This document shows positions 1 to 13,399 of a stretch of DNA of 64,000 nt, one piece after another. The DNA is from Lama guanicoe (Eukaryota): positions 2,634,123-2,698,122 of the forward strand of contig MU053557.1 in the NCBI GenBank assembly GCA_013239625.1. The letters run 5' to 3'. Made by a program: the position numbers and the translations under genes. Below the pieces are notes generated by a model. The model was not told where the DNA came from and searched no databases. It worked only from the letters and a program-made list of their open reading frames with translations. Positions within the stretch are counted from its first letter, which is position 1; the number at the start of each line of letters is the position of its first letter.

Positions 1-80
1 TAATCTTGGCCTTCTAGCCTGCAGAACTGTAAGCCACCCAGTCTAAGATATTTGTTATGGCAGCCTGAGCCGACTAATAC
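1..80 (+). mobile_element. 3' end of a MaLR (MLT1) LTR, cut by the window edge
   Basis: CTTCTAGCCTGCAGAACTGT AAGCCACCCAGTCT...TTTGTTATGGCAGCCTGAGCCGACTAATACA. Confidence 0.85.
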
Positions 81-83
81 AGT

Positions 84-220
84 TACTATTATCACCATCA
101 TTTATAAATGAGTAAACTGAGGTTTGGAGAGATTAAGTAACACACCCAAGATCATGCAGGAAGGAATGATGCTGACATCCAACCCTGTCTGTCTAAAGCC
201 CAGCTGCTTTTACACTGCTT
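84..220 (-). mobile_element. MIR SINE core
   Basis: CATTTATAAATGAGTAAACTGAGGTTTGGAGAGATTAAGTAACACACCCAAGATCA. Confidence 0.8.
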
Positions 221-3079
221 TCAAATGACGAAGTTAATACTAATAGTCACTGTGAGAAGTGAGGACATCTCTGCCAACATTACCCCACCCCCTGGCATCA
301 TCCACTATCCTAGGTATACAGAAAGGTACCTTCCACAAGTGGGATATGAACTGAAGTGAATTAGAATGTTCTGGTAGCTACTATCGATAACACCAGGAGA
401 ACATGAAATCAGAGTATCTCCTATACACCAAGACGGTACTGAGCATTTTCATACAAACGACACTTAATCCTCCCAGGAGCTCTCCGAGAAAACCTTGCTG
501 GCCCCACTCTCCAGGTCAAGAAACTGAGGAAAGTGATTGAAGGCTCCAGGTTTGCAGGGAATATTTAATGCTATCTCTGCAACACCTGTCATGTTGCCTT
601 GCCTAGAACCTGATTTAACAAAGCTATGGGATGAATGGCAGGTTACTGAGGAAGCCTGCAGAAGAGCTGGGATTTGAATCAGGTATGCCTGATTCTGAGG
701 CTTGTACTCTCTCACTGATGCCTCCTCAATTTGAGTGTGTCTGTCACAGCCCCTAGTGCAATGCTCAGGGATTCCCCAGTGCTTGTTAAATACACAGGCC
801 TTTCATCGCAACCTGATAACTTATAGATGGGAAACTCTTTACCCATATGTCATATTTATTGCTGTCTTCCTCTCCTTTGACTGTAACTGGTTTGACAAAT
901 AGTTGTTGGGTACCTACTCGACCAGGGGACTAGGCTTGGTCTTAGAGGTGCTAAGACCACTCACACATGATCCCCACTCTCACACTACAAGAGTGTTTAA
1001 TTTCAGTGGAGTGCAATTAAAAAATCTTAGAGTCACAGAAAGACGAGCTAGAAGCAACTATAACTGTCATTTTATAGTCTCTACTACACTATTTGGCAGT
1101 AAATTATATACTATCTAGATGCCACATGGGAAACTCGTGTGTGCCCAACAATAGATTCTTGAAGGAGGAAACTCACACATCTTTAACTCCCCAAAGCATT
1201 TTGCAGAGTGCTAAGCAAATGACAGGTGGACATATCTTAATTAGCTGGCCTCAGCTCTGTCCCTGCTTCTGTGTGTACTGAGTAACCAAGAGTCAGATTC
1301 CTTATGGGTAAAGAACAGCTTGATTAGACGTGAAAGTTCTAATTATAGACCACACTTCTCAGAGAATATAAAGGTAGGGAGGCTCTCCATTCTGACTTAT
1401 ACTAGAAAGCCTTAAAACTGATTCTGCTGAGGTTTTTAAAAATTAAATTAATTTGTAATTTAATTAACTCAAATATTTATTAACTATTATACAGTAGCCA
1501 GTAACACTAGAACTATGAACACGATAGTTCCCACCCTTGTGGATATCACTGTCTGGTGAAAGACACAGACAATTTGAAGAAAGTGACTGTAATACAGAGT
1601 GGCAAGAATGAAGGTAAGTACAGTGTGCTATAGTAACGTTTAAGGGGAGCATCGAACTTGAACTTGGAGAAATCACGGGATGCTTCCTGCAGAGAGCATC
1701 CGAAGTCCAGTGTTAAAGGACATATGAAAGTCAGCCTGACCAAGGGACAAAAGGATGGGGAAGAAAAGGATGCCAGGCAGAGGGGACAGCATCTCACAGA
1801 GAAGACCCACAGAGCATGGCATATTTGGGGGCTAAAAGAGCCTTTAATGTGAGAGGAGCCATGATACTATGAAGTGCCAGGGCTGGGCAGAAGAAAGAGG
1901 TATGTCCAGATGATACTGGAGAAGCAAGCTTGAGATTCATGATGAAGGTCTTCATTGATAATAGGAAGAGGAGACATCAAGGGTTTTATAGAGAAAAGTG
2001 AGAATTATGCTTAAAGAACATATTATTGTAGCCCTTGCTGTGTTTCATTAAAGTGCTTCTCACATTCCATGGTCATGGTTTTTCCACCTACCTCCACCAC
2101 TATTCCGAGCATCTTAAGCCAGAGCTCCTGTCTTATTTCTTTTTGTACCTCCAGCACCCAAATGCAGAATCTGCTGGATGATTAATGCTGAATACTTATT
2201 TTCATGAGTGACGTCTGTGGGACTCCTTGGTAGATTTGTGGTGACTCAGACTGCTGAGGATGTATGAACAGAGGGGTCCTTAACTTAGATTCCTTGGACC
2301 TCCTGAAATCACATGCAAAAATTTGGGTGTAAATGTGTATAATTTTTCAGGAACGAGGTTTCATCACTTTCATCGGATTCTCAAAGCCCTTTCTAGCTAG
2401 GGAAGACCTCTCAGAGGTGAAACAGCAAAGGACAGTTCCCACAAACGGTAGCAAAATGAATTGGCAGATGGAGATTTCCAAGTGAAGACAGAGAGGTAGT
2501 AAAAGAGGGCCGTTCTATGGTAGGAAGACAATATTTGCAAGAAAAAGGAAAAGATGTGTGGGAATAGCACAGCAATCTCCCTCATGTCTTCTGAGTTAGC
2601 AATTCATCTAGTCCTTTAAAGAAGAGTGTTCTGGCGAGAGCTCCAAGGAATTGTGAAATCATCATTGAGAGAGGCCCCTTTAGAGTCACAGAACCCAAGG
2701 AATAAAAAGTTACTGGTTATTCTCCCTGAAAGAAAAAGACTTTGTGGAAGCTACCCCCTTTCCTTTCTCTTTCATGAATTTGGGTCAGCAATCAATATTC
2801 TCTAATGATAGCGATGACACACACGCACGCACGCACACACACGTACACATACACAGAAAAGAGTCCTGATGGATATCCTTTGAAATTTTTAAGATAATTC
2901 TATCTGGATGGTGGCAAATTGACAAGATTTGGTTATATTGTCTGGTTTAAAAAAATAATAAGCATGTTTTGCTTTTATAGGCATTACTCATGGGAAAAAA
3001 ATTCCATTTTGAAGAAATAATGATCGGGTGAAAATACAAAAATTGATGCTCGAAAAGAAAGAGGACCATAGGACAGCAC

Positions 3080-3274
3080 AGCACTTTTCAAATGACATTT
3101 CACTGGCCACAGAGCTCACAATCCCCAAAAGAATACATTAAAAAATGTAGATTCCTGGGCCTGGCCCTAGGCTGTGCTGAATCAGACTCTGCAGGGGTGG
3201 GACCAGGGAATCTGCAACTTAACAAACTCCTCAGGTAACTCCTATGTTCACCACAGGGCTTTTGGAAACAGCTG
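3080..3274. mobile_element. MER5-like hAT MITE
   Basis: AAAATGTAGATTCCTGGGCC...CTGAATCAGACTCT...CCAGGGAATCTGCAACTTAACAAACTCCTCAGGT...TTTGGAAACAGCTG. Confidence 0.75.
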
Positions 3275-4862
3275 GTTGATAAGGATGAGGCACACTCAGT
3301 AAAGAAAGTTCACAACCAGCAGGTGACCTTTCTTCTCCATACACATATGTACCCCAGACACTCAGGGCTTGGGATATGGAGGAGCGTAATATATCCTCTT
3401 AACTCTCGTTGAGTGATTTAGTGGGAGTGAGTGCTTCCCCTTCCAAAACATGATCATATATGTTTTAAAAATGAACTTACAATTTGAAGTTGGAGGTGGT
3501 GGCGGCAGGGGAAGGGAGCCCGTGTAAATTGCGAGCTGACAGTCTTGTACTATATCCACACAAATCCCAGCATCTGGGGAGTGGAGGGCGGAACCACACG
3601 TGACATCCCGGAGGACAGCATGCTCCCTTTTAGACGCCCATGTGTTTTCCACTGTATTGCCTGTCTCAAGGCCAGTTTGGAGTTGATTGATAGCAAAACG
3701 CCAGGGACTGCCTCTCTTAGGAGGCAGTGAGCTATCCTCAGGGCGCTGAGGATCACGTGAGATCAGGAAGGGCTGGGTGGCCACCTGTCTGGTTTTCTAG
3801 AGCTGGCAGTACTGCCTGTGCTGGAAAGTTAGCTTCCAACACTGAGAGACCACGATTTTAGGCCACCAAATTTTAAATTTATTCTATCATGTCATATCTG
3901 ATCCACCCTTGTATGTCATCCTAAATTCTTTCGAAACACAGTGGAGTAAAAAATATTCTTGTTTAACAATCCTGTTTTGACAAATTGATATCAGCCTAGT
4001 TTCCAAATATAAACATGTGGACCAAATGCTGTTTCTATGCTTCTTGGTAAGAAATTTCTTTCTTTCTCTTTTTGCGGCGAAGAGGAAAAAAAAAACTTTT
4101 CTTTTACTTGGTCTGGGGTCACACCTGACTGGTGATTCTTCATGGAGGTAATGGGATTTCCTTAATCGAGCCCATTAGACTATCTTCTTGTAATGATCTC
4201 AGTGGCCAATCTGTCTATGTAATGGGCTCTAAAGGAACCAAACCTTCACGTTCTTACAAAGGAAAATGTTGTGCATGTGTCAGAAGAAAAACGTTCTGAA
4301 GAGTTACTGTCACCCATCTCAACAACAGCCGGGGGGGTGGAGGCAACTTTGCTGTGATACAGCAGGAAATTGCTAGATTTGGGACTTTATTGCTCCAAAG
4401 GGTATTTCTTTTTTCATGGGCGTTTTAATAAATCTCAAATACGCATGATGCCAGTAGCACAAGGGACTCCACACCATCTGGGGAAGATGGGCAGGCTGCT
4501 GCCTGCCTGCCTGCTGTGGAAGGATCCCAGAGCCTCAACGTTGGAGAGATTGTCAAAACTCTGGATGGCTTTGGGTGTAACTAATGGCTAGCTCCGCTGC
4601 CTTGCTGGATTGGGGTGGCCAATTGTCCTGGATCCCTCTACCAGGACCAAGAATGCCCTGACGTTGTGGAGATATCTTAGTTTTTTAGCCAGTGCTACTT
4701 GAAGATACTCACACAATGCGACAATATTCTAACGTCTTCATTCCCTTTTTGTGTGTGTGTGCCAATTTTAATGTGCAGTATAGAGAGGGTAGATCATAAT
4801 GAAGAGGAAATCATGCAAAGCTAAGAAACCATGATCAAAACACAGTAATAAATAATGGTAAT

Positions 4863-5322
4863 TGTTATGAGTTGAATTGTGTCCCCCTGAAATTCATATG
4901 CTGAAGTCCTGACCTGCAGTACCCAAGAATGTGACTTCATTTGGAAATACGGTCATCACTGAGGTAATTGGCTAAGATGAGGTCACAGGGTGGGCCCTAA
5001 TCCAATATGACTGGTGTCCTGATAAAAAAAGGAGAGACTGGGACACAGAGACACACCCACAGGGAGAACATCATGTGAACGCGATGGCAGAGATCAGGGT
5101 GACGCATCTACAAGTCAAAGAACAGCAAAGATTGCCAGCGAACCACCAGAATGTACAAGGAGGCATGGAACAGTTTCTCTGCCACAGCCCTCAGAGGGAA
5201 CCATCCCTGCCGACACCCTCATCTCAGACTTCTAGCCTCCAGACTGGGAGACAATGCCTTTCTGTTGTTTAAGCCACTCAATTCAAGGTACACTGTTCAA
5301 GCAGTCCTAGGAACCTAGTACA
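4863..5322 (+). mobile_element. MaLR solo LTR, MLT1C-like
   Basis: TGTTATGAGTTGAATTGTGTCCCCC...TTTCTGTTGTTTAAGCCAC...CCTAGGAACCTAGTACA. 5-bp TSD GTAAT/GTCAT (4/5 match). Confidence 0.9.
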
Positions 5323-7375
5323 GTCATACACAAACCAGGTTCTATGCTCAGCATTTTGTTTATATTATCTTTTAATCCTCTTTAACAACAGTCTTATGAT
5401 CTGAAGATGGTGTGAATTATTAATTGGTAGGAAATAAATGGCTGGGTGGGTGGGGGAAGAATCATTTTTCTTTTTTTAACCACCAACAGTCCACTCTGAT
5501 AGGGTTTTCAGTGTCTGCTGGACTGAAAGGACTTAGGAAATGATGTAGGATTTACACACTGTACATATGTGACTTTGCTGAAAATTTATAAACCGTCGTA
5601 TGAGGCTACTGCTACTAGAAGGCATCACATTTAGGATGCACTCCAATTGTGATACGCGTGAGATACCCTTGTCAAAATGTGAGCTAGCTCCTCTATGCCT
5701 AATGAGAGGGACCTGGGGTTAATTTTAGCTCAGTGACCCTGACAGCATTTTCACTTCTGGCTTCCCTTCCCAAGTCCAATCCAATTCAAATCTCTCAGGC
5801 ATTAAGGCTCTATAGTGCTTTTTAAAATTTCGCTTTTCTGATTCTGTTTAAATTTTATTTCAATTCTCCTCCCTGTCAAACTGATTTTTCCCAAGCATCC
5901 TTCCAATAGGCTCTTTGTAGTACAAGGGGGAAAACAGGCACCAAACTACAAAGCCCAAAGGAGAGGGAACTATAACCTGAATCATGAACTAAAACGCACC
6001 CCAAATATGGTCACAAAACCATCGAGCAAATATCGCTACCAGTCAATCTGCCTTCGCATTTAACAGTCTGTAGCCAAGATTACCAAGATTAAAACCAGGA
6101 CCGATGATGTGCCAAAGTGGGCTCAACTGATCTTATTGATTCTTCTCCATTGAGAGGGAATCACAGGTTAGCAGGCAGAAATCAATTCAACTGCATTAAG
6201 CTAAGCCAAGTGTAGATTTATTCATACCATGCTTGGAAATGCCTTTGTAAAAATGGCAAAAAAAATTCTGTTTTATCTATATACAGTTATACATACTCAT
6301 TTATAAATAAATACATATTTACATAAATAGATACCTGCTCCTTTTTATAATATGTTAAAATATGAGACAAAATAGTACAGAACATAAGGCTTTCCCGACA
6401 TTTTATCCCACCTCCAACTTAGATTCTTTTAAATCAAAGGAGTTATTTGTGTTGAGATGTCGTTAACTTGGCTACTGGAGCCGCACCCCAGATTTCAGGA
6501 TGGAATGGCAGAGCAGACGCAGCTATATTGCAGCCAAAGAGGCAATGGAAACCATTTGCTCTTGAGGAAATCATCATTTTTGGCTCTGCAGATGAAAGGA
6601 ATCTGGCCTCTAGGCTTCAATGCAGCACAGGGAACACCGAATTCATTCTCCTCCCTCCTCCAGTGAGAACGCACAGGTTGGGACTGGAGAGAGCTTTCAG
6701 AATGAACAATGGGTGGAAAATACTGCCCTTGCCCAGCAGTGAGAAATGTGAAATTCCACTCTTACCCTCACACGTGTCACCAGGGAACCGTCCTGTGTGC
6801 TCCATCAGTCCTGGGACACTAGCCAGGCAATCATTTGTACTCAGGGGCTGAGCCTAACCTAAGAAATCATCAGGAGGGCCAGAGAGGGCTTCCTCCTCAC
6901 TCCCCATCTCTCAGAAACAAAGAATAACACATTTTACTGCGGGAGAGTGCTTGGGGTTCTGACTGAGAACAGCTTAGAGCTCGTTTTCCCCTTAAGCAGG
7001 CTGCCTACCGACTTCTGAGCCTGCCTTGCCTGCGAAGACATTTATCCTCAGCCTTCGTGGCCACTCACAGCCACTCAGACCCTGTAAATGCATCACTGGG
7101 CCTCTGGTGGATGGCCAGCAAACCAACAGAAGTACCTTCATCAAACACACATGGTCAGCACCACGGAGATCAGGCAGTTAAGAGACCAGGAGTCAAGTTT
7201 ATCTTCAGTTTGCAGTATAAACTGTCCATTCCCAATGCAGTAGGAAAAGAAATCACTGCCCCCAAACCCTTCAGTTGTTAAAAAATCTGGGCGCTGTGGC
7301 AAGGGGGCACATCTGTGTCTTTTCAGCAGCACTGCTGGTACTTCCTTGTTTGCCCATAACTCTAAAATGCATCTG

Positions 7376-7383
7376 AGAGAGAC

Positions 7384-7432
<49 letters not shown>
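7376..7432. repeat. (GA)n microsatellite
   Basis: Read directly from the sequence. Confidence 0.95.
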
Positions 7433-7436
<4 letters not shown>

Positions 7437-7989
7437 GAACACGCAGGGAATGACAGCAGAGAACACTGGATAAGAGTCAGCAGGTCAGGGTTCTAATTCC
7501 AATCCTACCACTTGGTGACCGTCTGCCTTTGAACAAGTGAGATAACCTCACCAAACCCACTGCTTCCTCAACTCTAGAAAGAGATGCAGGATTTCAATGA
7601 ATATTCCAAGGTTTTGAGGGGTTTTTTTGCGCATAAAAATGGGCTAATGAAGTCCTGATTCACAGAGTTATTATGGCAGCCCTAATAAAAAATAAATATA
7701 ATAGCATTTTGTAAACTGTTGAGTGATCTATAAATGTTAGTTCCTGCCATATGGACAGGAAATCCTTTAAGGACTTTCTATCAAGAGCAACTTGGCCTAA
7801 TTCCTGAGGTCCTGTAATTTGGTAAATCACTAGATACCTCTCAGCTTTGGTTTCCCCACCTAAACTGCTTGCCTTCCGCACGAGGAGAAAATGAGATCAA
7901 GGAAGTGTAAATGGGCTGAAAACCATAAATCGTCCCTGAAATGTAAGCAGTTCTTATTTTAGAGAACTCATTTTGACTTTTGGCAGTAC

Positions 7990-8300
7990 GATGTACACAC
8001 TGTTAGTTCTTGGCTCCATGACAGATTTTAATTGGCCTGGCGATGAAAACCTTATAGAGCTATTATGTGCTACACCTGTGATGGCCATGCCGCGTGTTAA
8101 TCAAGGCGATTAGGCTGGGGACCCGGAGAACGGCTTTCCACCACTGCGCATAATCCTCCTCACTTGGAGAGGGAAATTAACAGCTGCTTTATGGTCTCTC
8201 ACATTACCTCACTCTCTTGCAGAGAGATCCCCAATCAGATTCACCCCGACGAAGCAACATCTATCACTGGTGCCGAGAATGACACGACATCCGTGTAGAA
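7990..8300. promoter_or_regulatory. Candidate developmental enhancer / conserved non-coding element
   Basis: Repeat-free and CpG-retaining, with TGACAG, TAATTG, TAATCC, TTTATGG and two E-boxes. Motif inference only. Confidence 0.45.
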
Positions 8301-8447
8301 ATATTAACTTTGACTTTGAAAAGGCTTTTGGGCTGGGAGTAAAAAAAAAAAAAGTCACATGTGGCACTCGGATAAAACAGCCCCTGGGTGACAGCCAGAA
8401 TCTGGGGGGAAGAAAGTTGATTTCTTTTAAGAGATGTATTTGAGAGA

Positions 8448-8481
8448 GAAAAACAAAACAAAACAAAACAAAAACAAAAAC
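8448..8481. repeat. (AAAAC)n repeat
   Basis: Read directly from the sequence. Confidence 0.9.
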
Positions 8482-9674
8482 AGAGGGATGAGCAGATCAG
8501 TTTAACACCCGAGCATTCATTTTCTCATCTGTGAAAGGGAAAGGATGTGTGCTTCCAACGCTGCTCCTAAGTTTCTCACTGACATTGAATGACCTTTTGG
8601 AATTTTCTTCCTTCCCTCTACCTCCTGACATGTCCGTCTCTTCTGAGAAGCAGAAGAAACACACTGCGTTGTTTGGATTTCTTTTCCACCCTTGGATAAA
8701 ACAGCCTGGGCTGATAACCAGTGATTAAAAAGGTGGCAAATATAAATGTCTGCTGTGTGCTGGCCGTTCAGAGCTTTCATGCATTCATCTCACTCCATCC
8801 TGTGAGGCACAGCGGCTGTGCAGACATTCTGACTCCCAGTCTGCAGGCAGGGAGACTGAGGTTCAGGAAGGCCAACCCAGCAAGTCTGCGCATTAGGGTC
8901 TGGACTCAGACCCAGGTCTCTTGACTTCGAGGCTCTTCCATAACATCACACTGTCTGTCATCTGTGGAAGAACCAACTTTTCAAGGGCTGGGGACAAGGC
9001 CCAACTTATTTCTGGGACCCCACTGCCTAGCACTATGCTTGTCACCTTCTAGGTGCTTACTGTGGGATTTAATTTTGAGAGAATAGGAGCTTCCTGAATT
9101 GCTTACTATCTCTGGAACAAGCCTTGCTTCCAAAAGAGTATCTGAAAGCCACAGCATCCGTCTCCATCATCTCCTCTGCCTTGGCTGAGTCGGGGTGGGG
9201 TGGGGTGACGCTCGTCCCCTCGAGATGGGTAGTTTAGCCGTGAGACCATGCTGGGGACATGGGTATGTCCAGGAGCAGGTTGATTACTCCAAATGGAAGG
9301 TCCCAGGAGGAAAGCAATTGGCTTGGGTCTACTCTGCTCTGCTTTAGAAAAGGCTGAAGTGAACCATTAGACCGGCAGCAACCAACCTGCATCAAAGTGC
9401 CCCCTGGTATTTCAGCAACCTCACAGGTATGCTGCAGGGTGTTTCAAGTTTTGAGGAAAAAACAGCAAAACAGCAGTCTGAGAGAACTGTTGCCATAACT
9501 CTGGTCCTTTATACCAACACACAATAAAAACATTTTTGATAATTTGTTAAAGAAAAACAAAAAAACAAGCACTGCATTAAAATCAAGGTAAAATGACAGT
9601 AAGGGTGGTGGTGGCCAATCTGATTCCAAGGTTTGAGAAGCTGTGGGGAGTCCAACAGGAGTTCAGTTCCTGGG

Positions 9675-9812
9675 GCACATGGTGGTTGCACATTTACTTT
9701 TTAAAAAATTACCAAACTGTTTAGCACAGTGGGTGTGCCATTTCACATCCCCATCGCTAATATGTGAGAGATCAAGTTTCTCTGCATGCTTGTCAGCATT
9801 TGGTGCTGTCAC
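9675..9812 (-). mobile_element. Old L1M fragment
   Basis: TACCAAACTGTTT...GTGGGTGTGCCATTTCACATCCCCATC...TTGTCAGCATTTGGTGCTGTCA. Confidence 0.75.
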
Positions 9813-10621
9813 CAGGGCTTGCTGGAGAAAGCCCGCCCCTCAGGAGCAGGGTAGCTGCTACTCAGTTTCTCTAGTCGTGGAGATCGCGGACATCACATTA
9901 TTGCCTTACAAAATTCCAAAGATGCCAGAAATCTATTAGTAAAAAAATCTAAACTGTTGGTACTTCCTCTGAATTAACATAAAACAGGTAAAACACACAC
10001 CTTGGTGGGCTGGATCCAGATGACTGGCAGTCTCTCTGTGGTTTCTGGGTTTGAGGAGGCAACAAGAGAAGCCCCCAAGCCTCAAGGAGCTTACACTCCA
10101 GCAGAAGTAACAGACAGACAGCGCAAAGCAGGACTGCATGCTACAGTGCCAGTGGGAGCTGCAGTGCCAGTGGGAGCTGGAGCAGCAGGTGGGAGGACCC
10201 TGACCTCTGCTGTGAGACGTCAGGGATGGCTTCCCAGGAAAGCGAATTTACATAGTAACTCAGAGTAGCTAATTCAATATGTGCTATTTAATCCATGGCA
10301 TGTTAAGCAAACTCCAATAGGATCAAAGAGCAAGGCAAAGCTCTACTTCTGGGCATCACAGAATCTAATACAGAAGAAGTCCTATAGTTCAATGTTTCTC
10401 CAAATGCCATATCACTTGTTAGGAGTAATTACAAAGCAAAAGCTTTCCAGAGGTCAACCGCTTCTCCGTCCTCTTAGAGTAATTCTGAGCTTCTTAAAAT
10501 CACTTAAGGGCCTGGATAGTCTGACTCCAGCCTCCCTCTACAGCCTCTTCTTCTGTCTTCCCAGTTCCTTCCTTCTTTACATTTCTCCAACAAATCAAGA
10601 CTCAAATTCTTTGCATTTTGT

Positions 10622-10678
10622 CATCCATCTATCCATCTGTCCGTCCGTCCATCCATCCATCCATCCATCCATCCATCT
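10622..10678. repeat. (CCAT)n tetranucleotide repeat
   Basis: Read directly from the sequence. Confidence 0.9.
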
Positions 10679-10679
10679 A

Positions 10680-11430
10680 GTCGTTTGAGGACCACTCTCC
10701 CGGGTATTGGTAATACAACAGTGAGTAAAGCTGAGTCAGTTCCTGGCCTTATGGGATTTACATTCCAATAGAAAAGAGACAGACACATAGAATATATATA
10801 ACACATATGGTTGGAGTGAGGAGTTCTAAGAAGAAAAGTTAGATGAGGTTAAGGTATAGAAAATAATGACTGCCATTTTCAGTAGCTGGTAGGGGAGGCT
10901 TCTGGTGAATATATGAATAGAACTTAAATGAAGTGATGGAGCAAACAACAGAAGTATAGGGGAAAGAGCTTTCTAGTAAGAGGCAACCGCAAGTACCAAG
11001 AGCCCAAGGTGGGAACGCCCTTGGCCTGCGTGGAGCAGCATGGAGGGCAGCGTGTGTGGAGAAGGGCAGTGGCAGAAACTGAGGTTGGAGAGGAGGCCAG
11101 ACCATGTGAGACTCTGTGGGCCCAGTTCCCTTGGGGATTTGACTCTCAACAGAAGGGGCAGCAGTTGAAGGATTTGAGCAGGGCGGTGACAGGGTTTGAC
11201 TTAGAGCAGACAGTGGGCGGAGATGTGGAGGCTAAGAAACTCGGTAGAAGGTTATCACAACAGTCCAGTGGGCATATGGCAGGGGCTTGGACTGGTGTAG
11301 TAGCCATGAGGGTAGAGAGAAACTGACCAATCTGCAACACTCTGAAAATAGAGGCGACAGTAGGACGAGAGGAAGGAGTTGAGGATGATGTAAGGGTTTT
11401 GCCCTGAGCAACTGATTCATTTACTGACAT
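10680..11430 (-). mobile_element. L2 LINE remnant
   Basis: TGGGATTTACATTCCAATAG, GGGAGGCTTCTG, GCAAGTACCAAGAGCCCAAGGTGGGAA, GGCTTGGACTGGTGTAGTAGC and TTTTGCCCTGAGCAACTG. Preceded by (CCAT)n, which may derive from the L2 tail. Confidence 0.8.
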
Positions 11431-11454
11431 CGATAAAATTCTGTGCCTATAGCT

Positions 11455-11852
11455 TCACAAGGCTGGCTCCCATCACAATTTCTGCTGCAGGCCAATGTCC
11501 CCTCTTTGGAGGGTCTTCCCTGACCACCCCTCACCGTGTTAGGGGCTCTCAGTTTAATTTTTTCTCAGGACTTACAAATCCCTGAAATTATTATTCTTTT
11601 TTAATGGAGGTACCGGGGATTGAACCCAGGACCTCGTGCATGCTAAGCATGTGCTCTACCACTATTCTGTTTCCCTTCTCCCCCTGAAATTATCTTATTC
11701 TTTTTACTTGACTAATTGATCATCTGGATCCCTCACTGGAACACAAGCCCCAAGAGAATAAGGACCATATTGATTTACTTTATTGCTACGTCCTCAGTAC
11801 CTAATTCAGTGCCTGGATCATAGGACATGGTCATAAATATTTGTTGAATGAG
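11455..11852 (+). mobile_element. L2 3' end, interrupted by the SINE
   Basis: CTTCCCTGACCACCC...CAGTGCCTGG...ATAAATATTTGTTGAATGA terminus. Confidence 0.8.
11592..11681 (-). mobile_element. tRNA-Ala-derived SINE (camelid vic-1-like)
   Basis: The minus strand reads ...AGTGGTAGAGCACATGCTTAGCATGCACGAGGTCCTGGGTTCAATCCCCGGTACCTCCATTAAAAAA (tRNA-Ala(AGC) body, B box, A tail). 12-bp TSD CCCTGAAATTAT at 11580-11591 and 11682-11693; inserted in an L2. Confidence 0.88.
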
Positions 11853-13399
11853 ACTTGGATGGTGTGAGACAAATTAAACAAATCTCCAGATTCCTTAGTG
11901 TGCTTCTTTTCAGAACCTTTAATAAGGCAATTAGTTAATGGACTGAAGAATATCGATTATCTAGTCCAAGCTCTGTGCCAGGGTCTGAGGAGACAGAAGT
12001 GAGCACAAAAAGCCCGTCCACATCCCCAGGGAGCTTACGGAACCCTGGTGGAGGTGCAATAAACAATCTCACAAACGTGGACTTTCACTGTGCTAAGCAT
12101 TCAGAAGGGAAGGTGCCCGGAGGCATGACAGGGTAGAATGTGGGGATCCATCCTCATCAGGTAAGCACAGGAAAGTGGGTCCGAGCTGAGATTCACAAGA
12201 GAAATCACTGCGGTCCTCAGGGATCTCTGAGCAGGGCATATGCTGTGACTAGAGATCCCAGTTTTCATAGAGCTTCTTGTGAGAAGAAACACCTTTTGGC
12301 AAGAGCTGAGCAAGTCCAGCCTTCTCAGGCACTGGGGCTCAGCTGGGTTAGGAACTCGGACGAGGATGAGCAGCTGGTTCATAACAAAACCAGGGTTCTG
12401 CCCATATCATGACACACCTGCAAAATAGTAATGCTACCTACTTAAACAGGACCGCTGTGAGAATGAAAGGTACTGATGTTTATAAAGTGCTTAGCACAGT
12501 GCCTGGTGCACAAGAAATGATCAACACTTGGTAATGATTATCATTCGATTTCAAACTCTTGAGGGGATTAATCATGTTAATACTCTTTCCACACAAACAC
12601 ACCAAACAGCACAGTATCTTATACACAGTAGGGGCTCAATAAATCTATGAGGAATGAATGAATTACAGTTACTTCAATGACACACTGTTTTGGATCTGGC
12701 CAACCATTCTCATGGGAGATGGGCACAGTAAATGAATAGAAATAACGCAGGCCAAATCCTTTTGTGTGGTTCAGGTGTCAGGCGGTTGGTAACTCCTGTT
12801 AATTATTTATATTATTAATTATTGATCAGGGTTGGTAGCTACTATTAATGCTTCTTGCCAGCCAAGGACACTGAGATGCTTGAAAGGAAGGAAGTGAGTC
12901 TGGTGATCAGTTTTGAAGGAAGGATAAATTATATGGTGGGAGGCCCAGAGGATTCAGTGATTTTATGCATCAATAATTTGCAACAGGAAGGCACAGCTAG
13001 AGTCCAGGAAAAGTTGCTACTAAAATGACATTTCCTTTGCACCGAAATCCACAAGCTGGATTGGTACATGTGATTTCTCAGCTACTACCAGAATACAGGA
13101 AGTGGTTAGGAATGAACACTAGCCAGCCCAGCTCTCCAGGGGCACCTTGTACCTGAGAACCTCTGAGTACTTTGTAAACAACAGTTAAGCCTCCCTGTCT
13201 CCTGAGGTAAGAGCTCCTGGATTTTTACTTAAATCAAGCAGAGCTGAAGCAGAGACACCACAATCATGAGCAGAGTGGGTGTCAAAAGGGATAATTCTCA
13301 AACTTCTCACAAACCTAGACTTGAAAAGGGCCAAAATAATCTGCAAGTCCACTAAGGTATTTTACCTACTGAAGTTCCCCCAAGTGTCAGGTGAGGGAT

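Noticed and set aside
3362..3784. Longest ORF (140 aa) and other 100-135 aa ORFs (6468, 10281, 17012, 25899, 26252, 59877)
   Set aside because: None has a recognisable domain, many begin at non-ATG codons or overlap repeats, and the lengths are within chance expectation for 64 kb.
11592..11681. Functional tRNA-Ala gene
   Set aside because: The 5' acceptor/D-arm sequence is replaced, and the A tail and 12-bp TSD show it is a retroposed SINE.
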